Shown here: piece by piece, positions 56,315 through 64,000 of the stretch
Layout of the letters: every line of letters starts with the position of its first letter
Numbering within the stretch: the first letter of the stretch is position 1
Assembly: GCA_963842945.1 (NCBI GenBank)
Contig: CAWJIM010000002.1
Location: forward strand, 288,001 to 352,000
DNA: 64,000 nucleotides
Source of the DNA: an uncultured Gemmatimonadales bacterium
GTDB lineage: Bacteria; Gemmatimonadota; Gemmatimonadetes; Gemmatimonadales; GWC2-71-9
Reading direction: 5' to 3'
Translations under genes and position numbers: made by a program
The notes under the pieces: model-generated
Databases searched by the model: none
Seen by the model: the letters and a program-made list of their open reading frames with translations, nothing else
What the model was told of the DNA's origin: nothing

Positions 56315-57442
56315 TTAGCCGTCACGCTGCGTCTGCTCCCAGCGCTCGGTGTAAAACCTGAACACGTGCATGAAGTCTTGGGCATTGGTCACAACACCGT
56401 ACGCCTGGTGAGTTCCGCGGTCACGCAGTTTGTTGACGACAAACTCGGTCTGATCGACGCAGATAGTCATCAGCGGAAGCGGCGCCCCATCGCAGAGATA
56501 AAACGCAGGCAGCATGTTCCCGACGGCAATGGCATGGAGCGCGGTGGCGACAAAGATGGCACCGGTGGCCTTGACCGTGTGCTCCCGCATGGCGTCCTGC
56601 GCAGCGAGGTTGTCGCTGTAGACGCCAGGGAGGGGACCGTCGTCGCGGATGGAGCCGGCGAGCACGTAGGGGATCCGCTTTGTCACCAGCGCGTGCATGA
56701 TCCCGCTCTTGATCAGCCCGGTCTCCACCGCGCGCTCGATGGACCCCGCCGCGCGGACCCGGTTGATGGCGCGCATATGCAGGCCATGGCCGCCCTCGGT
56801 GGGCTGGCCGGTGTTGCTCATTCCCAACGTGGTCCCAAAGATGGCAGCCTCGATGTCGTGCACCGCAACCGCGTTGCCGGCCAACACCGCCTGCACGTAG
56901 CCGTTCCGAATGAACCACTCGAAATCGGCCCGGGCCCGCGAGTGCACCAACGCCGGCCCGACCACCCAGACCAGATACCCTCCCCGCCGCTTTGCCTCCC
57001 CTATTTTCGCGGCCAGCTCCTCATAGTTGACCGGGCGCTCTCGGCTGACTTCGGTTGCCATGAAGCGAAATTCGTTGGCTCCGTGGCCGCCTCCCAGAAA
57101 ACCCTGAGCGTGAACCACGATGCCTTCGGTGCCATCCTCCGCCTCACCCATGGCAATCAGCTCGCCCCGCTTGAGGCGCCGCGGTTCGATTGTCTCCAGT
57201 CCCCAACTTCGTTTCACCACCACGCAATCCATTCGGGGCCGCGTGGGAGCGAGCCAGGCCCCATTGACCTGGATATACGTCGGCAGGTTGGAAGTCGAGA
57301 AAAAGCCTTCGGGCAACACGCCGTCGGCCGGGAGGGGCGCGAACCGCGCTTCCGGTGCGCCGGCGAACGGCGGTTGACTGAAATCGGGCATTGTTCCGGG
57401 AGCAGGAGGCGCGTGCATACGCGGGTGAAGGTAGGGGGGCAT
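56315..57442 (-). CDS. LOR/SDH-domain (TIGR00300-like) protein, putative ornithine cyclodeaminase
   Basis: DGVLPEGFFSTSNLPT, GPALVH, LAGNAVAVHDIE, LAGSIRDDGPLP, LHAIAVGNM, KLRDRGT. Confidence 0.8.
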   Translation of the reverse strand: MPPYLHPRMHAPPAPGTMPDFSQPPFAGAPEARFAPLPADGVLPEGFFSTSNLPTYIQVNGAWLAPTRPRMDCVVVKRSWGLETIEPRRLKRGELIAMGEAEDGTEGIVVHAQGFLGGGHGANEFRFMATEVSRERPVNYEELAAKIGEAKRRGGYLVWVVGPALVHSRARADFEWFIRNGYVQAVLAGNAVAVHDIEAAIFGTTLGMSNTGQPTEGGHGLHMRAINRVRAAGSIERAVETGLIKSGIMHALVTKRIPYVLAGSIRDDGPLPGVYSDNLAAQDAMREHTVKATGAIFVATALHAIAVGNMLPAFYLCDGAPLPLMTICVDQTEFVVNKLRDRGTHQAYGVVTNAQDFMHVFRFYTERWEQTQRDG

Positions 57443-57509
57443 ACGAGGGTATTCAAGCGTATCGGACCGAATAGAAGAGTGTAGCTTTCCGGCAAACGAG
57501 GAGACTGGC

Positions 57510-59633
57510 ATGCCGCAATGGAATGTGGGGTTGTTTGGGTTGGGCCTTGCGCTTCTGACTGCGACTTCTGTGGCTGTGGCGCAGGAACCGACCGCGCCCG
57601 ACACGGTGTATCGCGATTCCCTGCCCGCCCGCGAGCTTCCGGAGATCACCGTAACCCGCGCGCCGGAGCCGCTGGACCGGGTGCCCTACGCGGTCGGAGT
57701 TCTGGACAAGAACGCGTTGCAACGAGGCCAGCAAACCATAGGAGTGGACGAGGCGCTCAACAATCTACCCGGGGTGGTGGTCGCCAACCGGTACAACTAC
57801 TCGTTGGACCAGCGCATCTCCATCCGCGGGTTTGGCAGCCGGTCGAACTTCGGGGTACGGGGCCTCAAGATCCTGCTGGACGGGGTTCCTCAAACCTTGC
57901 CTGACGGGCAGAGCCAGCTGACGAATGTCGACTTTGCCAACATCGCCAGGGCAGAAGTATTGCGGGGCGCCAGCTCCTCGCTCTATGGCAATGCATCGGG
58001 CGGAGTCATCTCTTTCCAGACGGAGGGAGCGGCGCCCGGCCCGTTCGCCCAGCGAGTGAGAGTGCAAGGCGGGAGTGGGAAGGGCGAGGAGGACAATTTC
58101 TATAAGTGGCAGAGTTGGACCTCGGGCCGCAGCGGAAGCATCAGCGGTACGCTCTCACTCTCCCAATTCAAGGCGGACGGCTTCCGCCAGCATAGCTCCG
58201 CCGAGTTCCGCCAGCTGAACGGAGGGGCCGATTATGCCATCAGCGGCTCCACCCTGGCCACCCTCCGCCTGAGCCTGGCCGACAACCCCGAGGCGGAGAA
58301 TCCGGGAGCCCTTACCGCATCCGAATACGCGGCCAATCCTGATTCCGCGGCGGCCAGCAATATCCGTCGGGGCGCGGACAAGGATGCCCAGCAGTATCAG
58401 CTCGCGCTGGGACTCCGGCATTTCGACGCCGGGGGCAATGAGTACCAGGCAACACTATTTGGCCTCCTCCGCGATCTGGCCAACCCGCTCGCCGCTCCGC
58501 CTTTTGACGGCGCGCCTCCCACGGCCGGCACCTACGTCGCCATCGACCGCGGGGTCGGCGGAGTCCGAGGCAGCCTCAACCATCGGCTCGGCCAGGGCGA
58601 ACGTGCCCCGCGCCTCACCGCGGGAGCCGACCTGCAGAAGATGCGAGACGACCGGCAGAATTTCGTCTCGGACGCGGGTCAACAAACCGCCACCGTTTTG
58701 CTGGACCAACGGGAGCAGGTTACCGAGCTGGGTCCGTTCGCGCAGATCCAGTGGAACCCGCAACAGGAGCTGCTGCTCAGCACCGGTGTGCGATACGATT
58801 GGGTCAAATTCACAGTTGATGATCGGTTCACCGCCGATGGCAACGACAGCGGGGATCGAACCATGGCGGCCGCCAGCGGAAACGTTGGACTCAGCTGGAC
58901 CCCGAACGACCGGTTCGTACCCTACTTGAATGTCTCCACCTCGTTCGAGACGCCGACGACAACCGAGTTGGTGAACAAGCCCGACGGAACCGGGGGGCTC
59001 AATCCCGACCTCGGGCCTCAGCGCGCGGTCAATTACGAGGTCGGGGCTCGTGGGCAGCCCTGGTCCCGACTGAGCTACTCTGCCGCGCTGTTCCTGGGCC
59101 GAATCAGCGACGCCATCGTGCAGGGCCCCGAGGTGGGCGGGAGGGCCTTCTTCCGCAATGCCGGCAAGACCCACAATGATGGGGCCGAGGTCGGCCTCTC
59201 CTTTTCGCCGCTCAAGGAGCTCACTTTGAGCGGAGCCTACACGTATGCCCGGTACCGTTTTGCCTCAGGTGATTCTCTCGATGGCAACCGGCTGCCGGGC
59301 GTGCCCGAACATTTCTGGCGCCTCGGCCTTCGAACCAGCCTGCCGGCCAACCTCTACGTCGATGCCGACCACACGATCAGCACCTCCATCGCCGCGGACG
59401 ACGCGAACACGCCGTCACTCTTCATACCTTCGTATTCGGTAACCAACGCACGGGTGGGATGGGACGGTCAGGTGGGGTCCATGGAGATCGGACCGTTCAT
59501 AGGGGTCAACAATCTGCTCGACCGAAGGTACGTCGGCTCGGTCACCCTGAACGGCGTGGGTGGGCGGGTCTACGAGCCGGCCCCACTGCGGGTCATTTAT
59601 CTGGGTGCGGAGGTCGGCTACGCGGCGCCTTAG
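57510..59633 (+). CDS. TonB-dependent receptor, YncD/PqqU-like
   Basis: Signal peptide; RISIRGFGSRSNFGVRGLKILLDGVPQTLPDGQSQ, EVLRGASSSLYGNASGGVI, FETPTTTE, YEPAP. Confidence 0.9.
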   Translation: MPQWNVGLFGLGLALLTATSVAVAQEPTAPDTVYRDSLPARELPEITVTRAPEPLDRVPYAVGVLDKNALQRGQQTIGVDEALNNLPGVVVANRYNYSLDQRISIRGFGSRSNFGVRGLKILLDGVPQTLPDGQSQLTNVDFANIARAEVLRGASSSLYGNASGGVISFQTEGAAPGPFAQRVRVQGGSGKGEEDNFYKWQSWTSGRSGSISGTLSLSQFKADGFRQHSSAEFRQLNGGADYAISGSTLATLRLSLADNPEAENPGALTASEYAANPDSAAASNIRRGADKDAQQYQLALGLRHFDAGGNEYQATLFGLLRDLANPLAAPPFDGAPPTAGTYVAIDRGVGGVRGSLNHRLGQGERAPRLTAGADLQKMRDDRQNFVSDAGQQTATVLLDQREQVTELGPFAQIQWNPQQELLLSTGVRYDWVKFTVDDRFTADGNDSGDRTMAAASGNVGLSWTPNDRFVPYLNVSTSFETPTTTELVNKPDGTGGLNPDLGPQRAVNYEVGARGQPWSRLSYSAALFLGRISDAIVQGPEVGGRAFFRNAGKTHNDGAEVGLSFSPLKELTLSGAYTYARYRFASGDSLDGNRLPGVPEHFWRLGLRTSLPANLYVDADHTISTSIAADDANTPSLFIPSYSVTNARVGWDGQVGSMEIGPFIGVNNLLDRRYVGSVTLNGVGGRVYEPAPLRVIYLGAEVGYAAP

Positions 59634-59646
59634 TCCTGCCTCACCG

Positions 59647-62059
<2,413 letters not shown>

Positions 62060-62063
<4 letters not shown>

Positions 62064-63085
62064 CGCCGCCTGACGCCGAGACCCGGTCCGGTGGGAAGCG
62101 TGACTTGCCCTCCGTCGATCCGTGCGCCGGTAAAAGGGTCTTCGGCCAGGAGCGCGGCACCGTCCAGATCGACAATATCGACCAGCGGAGTGAAATGCGC
62201 GGCGGCGGTGATGCCCAGTGAGCTCTCGATCATGCAGCCCACCATGACCATGAGGCCATGTGCCCGGGCCACGGCGATCATCCGGAGCGCCTCCCGCAGT
62301 CCGCCGCACTTTGCCAGCTTGATGTTGATGCCGTCCACCTTTCCCACGAGAGGCGGAATATCCACCGCAGTCAGGCAGCTCTCGTCGGCAATCACCGGGA
62401 TCTCGGCCTGGGCAGTGATGGCGGCGAGACCATCGTGGTCGTGGGGCAAGAGCGGCTGTTCCAAAACCGTGACCCCGAATTCCTCGAGCACCGGGAGCAT
62501 GCGAATCGCTTGTTTCACCGTCCAACCGCAGTTGGCGTCCACCCGGAGCTCCTTGTCGGTGGCATCACGGATGGCTTCCAGAATCTCCAGGTCACGGTCG
62601 GTCCCCAGCTTCACCTTGAGGATGGGGAACTCCTCCGCTTCCCGCACCTTGGCCTTGATGCGGTCCGGCGTATCCAGTCCAATCGTGAAGGTCGACTTCG
62701 GGGCCTGGCAGGGGTCGAGCCCCCACAGCCGGTAAAGCGGGATCTGCAGCCGCTTTCCCGCCAGATCGTGCAGCGCGGCGGAGAGCGCAGCGCGCGCGGC
62801 CGCGTTGCCCCGCATCTTCGCTTCCCAGCGACGCTCCGCATCCTCCAGGGCAAACGGATCCTCCGGAAGCAATTCTCCGTAGACCCGCAGTGCCGCCACC
62901 ACTGACTCGGCGGTCTCGCCGTAGAACTTGCTGGGCGCGGCCTCACCCCAGCCTTCTGTCCCGTCGCCGTCGGTGAGACGAACCCACACGGTGCGATAGT
63001 CGCTCTGGCCTCCGCGAGCGATGATGAAGGGGTGTTTGGTGCGAAGCTCCAATACCTCGACATCCATGCGGAGTGGCTTGGGCAC
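62060..63085 (-). CDS. L-Ala-D/L-Glu dipeptide epimerase (enolase superfamily)
   Basis: GWGEAAP, KVKLG, RVDAN, EQP, ADES, NIKLAKCGG, GCMIES, DLDG. Confidence 0.9.
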
Positions 63086-63163
63086 GAGCGATCCTCGAGG
63101 GCAGCTGGACGGAAGTGAGTTTGGTTGATTATATGGCGGGGCCTGAGGCGGCAACAGGCCGGA

Positions 63164-64000
63164 TTACTGAAGGGCGCGCAGATGCGCTACCGCGCCTTCG
63201 GCAATGCGACTGGGAACATAGCCGCCTTCCAGCAGGCCCACGATGGGAACGTCGGGCAGCCGCGTTCTCAGCCGGTGGGTAAGGTCGGTGTAGTGTTCCG
63301 GCTCGAGAGTAAATCCACCGAGAGGATCACCGGCCATCGCGTCGAATCCGGCTGAGAGCAGCACCAGCTGCGGATTCCACTGTGCGGTTGCAGCTTCGAT
63401 TGCCGACCAGAGATCGCTCACATACAGGCTCGGGGGTTTGCCCGGTCCTCTCGGCACGTTGAAGATATTCCCTACCCCCCGTTCGCTGGCGGCGCCGGTT
63501 CCGGGATACCACGGGTGTTGATGCAGCGAGACATAGCGAATCGATTCGTCGGATTCGACCAGCGCCTGAGTGCCATTACCGTGGTGCACGTCCCAATCGA
63601 TGATCAACACCCGCTCGCGTCCGGCCCGCTGGGCATGGCGCGCGGCGACCACAACGTGGTTCACCAGACAAAAGCCCATTCCGCGGGCGGCGAGCGCGTG
63701 ATGTCCCGGCGGGCGAATCGCCGCGAAGGCATGGTGATTACGGCTGATTGCCGTGTCGACCGCGGCCAGCGCCGCGCCTGAGGCACCCAGCGCCGCGGCC
63801 CAGCTGTCGCCGATTCAGAATCGTGTCCAGGAAGAGCGCGCCACCGCCGCGCGCGCTCATCGCCTCCAGCGAGCTGAGGTACTGATCGGGGTGGACGGCA
63901 AGGAGCTCACGCCGATCCGCCGGTGAAGCTTCTCGTAACTCGACACCCCGCTCCTGCCGGAGCCGAGCCAAGAGGACGCTGAGGCGAGCCGGCGTCTCGG
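63164..64000 (-). CDS. Histone deacetylase family protein, 5' end outside the window; frameshifted
   Basis: RPPGHHA, MGFC, DWDVHHGNGTQ, SAGFD..DPLG, LEGGY. Confidence 0.93.

Overview
GC-rich bacterial core-chromosome segment. Gene content and order suggest Gemmatimonadota (inference, not tested). About 60 CDS are recognisable. Many are broken by single-base indels, including essential genes such as dnaX, mnmA, pgi, priA and ispG. This points to uncorrected long-read errors rather than pseudogenes, so boundaries of frameshifted genes are stitched by eye. Content in order: MacAB-like exporter; bshB1-cysteine desulfurase-mnmA; grpE-dnaJ; ffs-dnaX-ybaB-recR-hyp-mglB-mglA-pgsA-cinA; pyk-MBL-pgi-fba; ispG-ccdA-tlpA-peroxiredoxin; fabH; class II RNR (nrdJ); a zinc-ribbon/Ser-Thr kinase/PEGA/TonB-C protein; a GWxTD protein; amidase; PP2C phosphatase; a clustered peptidoglycan-recycling pathway (ampG, nagZ-like, anmK, murQ); ggt; a fur-ccdA operon; a YncD-like TonB receptor; priA; dipeptide epimerase; an HDAC-family gene. 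No tRNA, rRNA, CRISPR array, transposase or prophage was seen. Best leads: (1) a cell-wall recycling locus interleaved with kinase, phosphatase and GWxTD genes; (2) an SRP RNA lacking the GNRA tetraloop; (3) MglA with a ~30-aa insertion; (4) inverted short-tandem-repeat elements that also invade coding sequence; (5) repeated leaderless-gene signatures.
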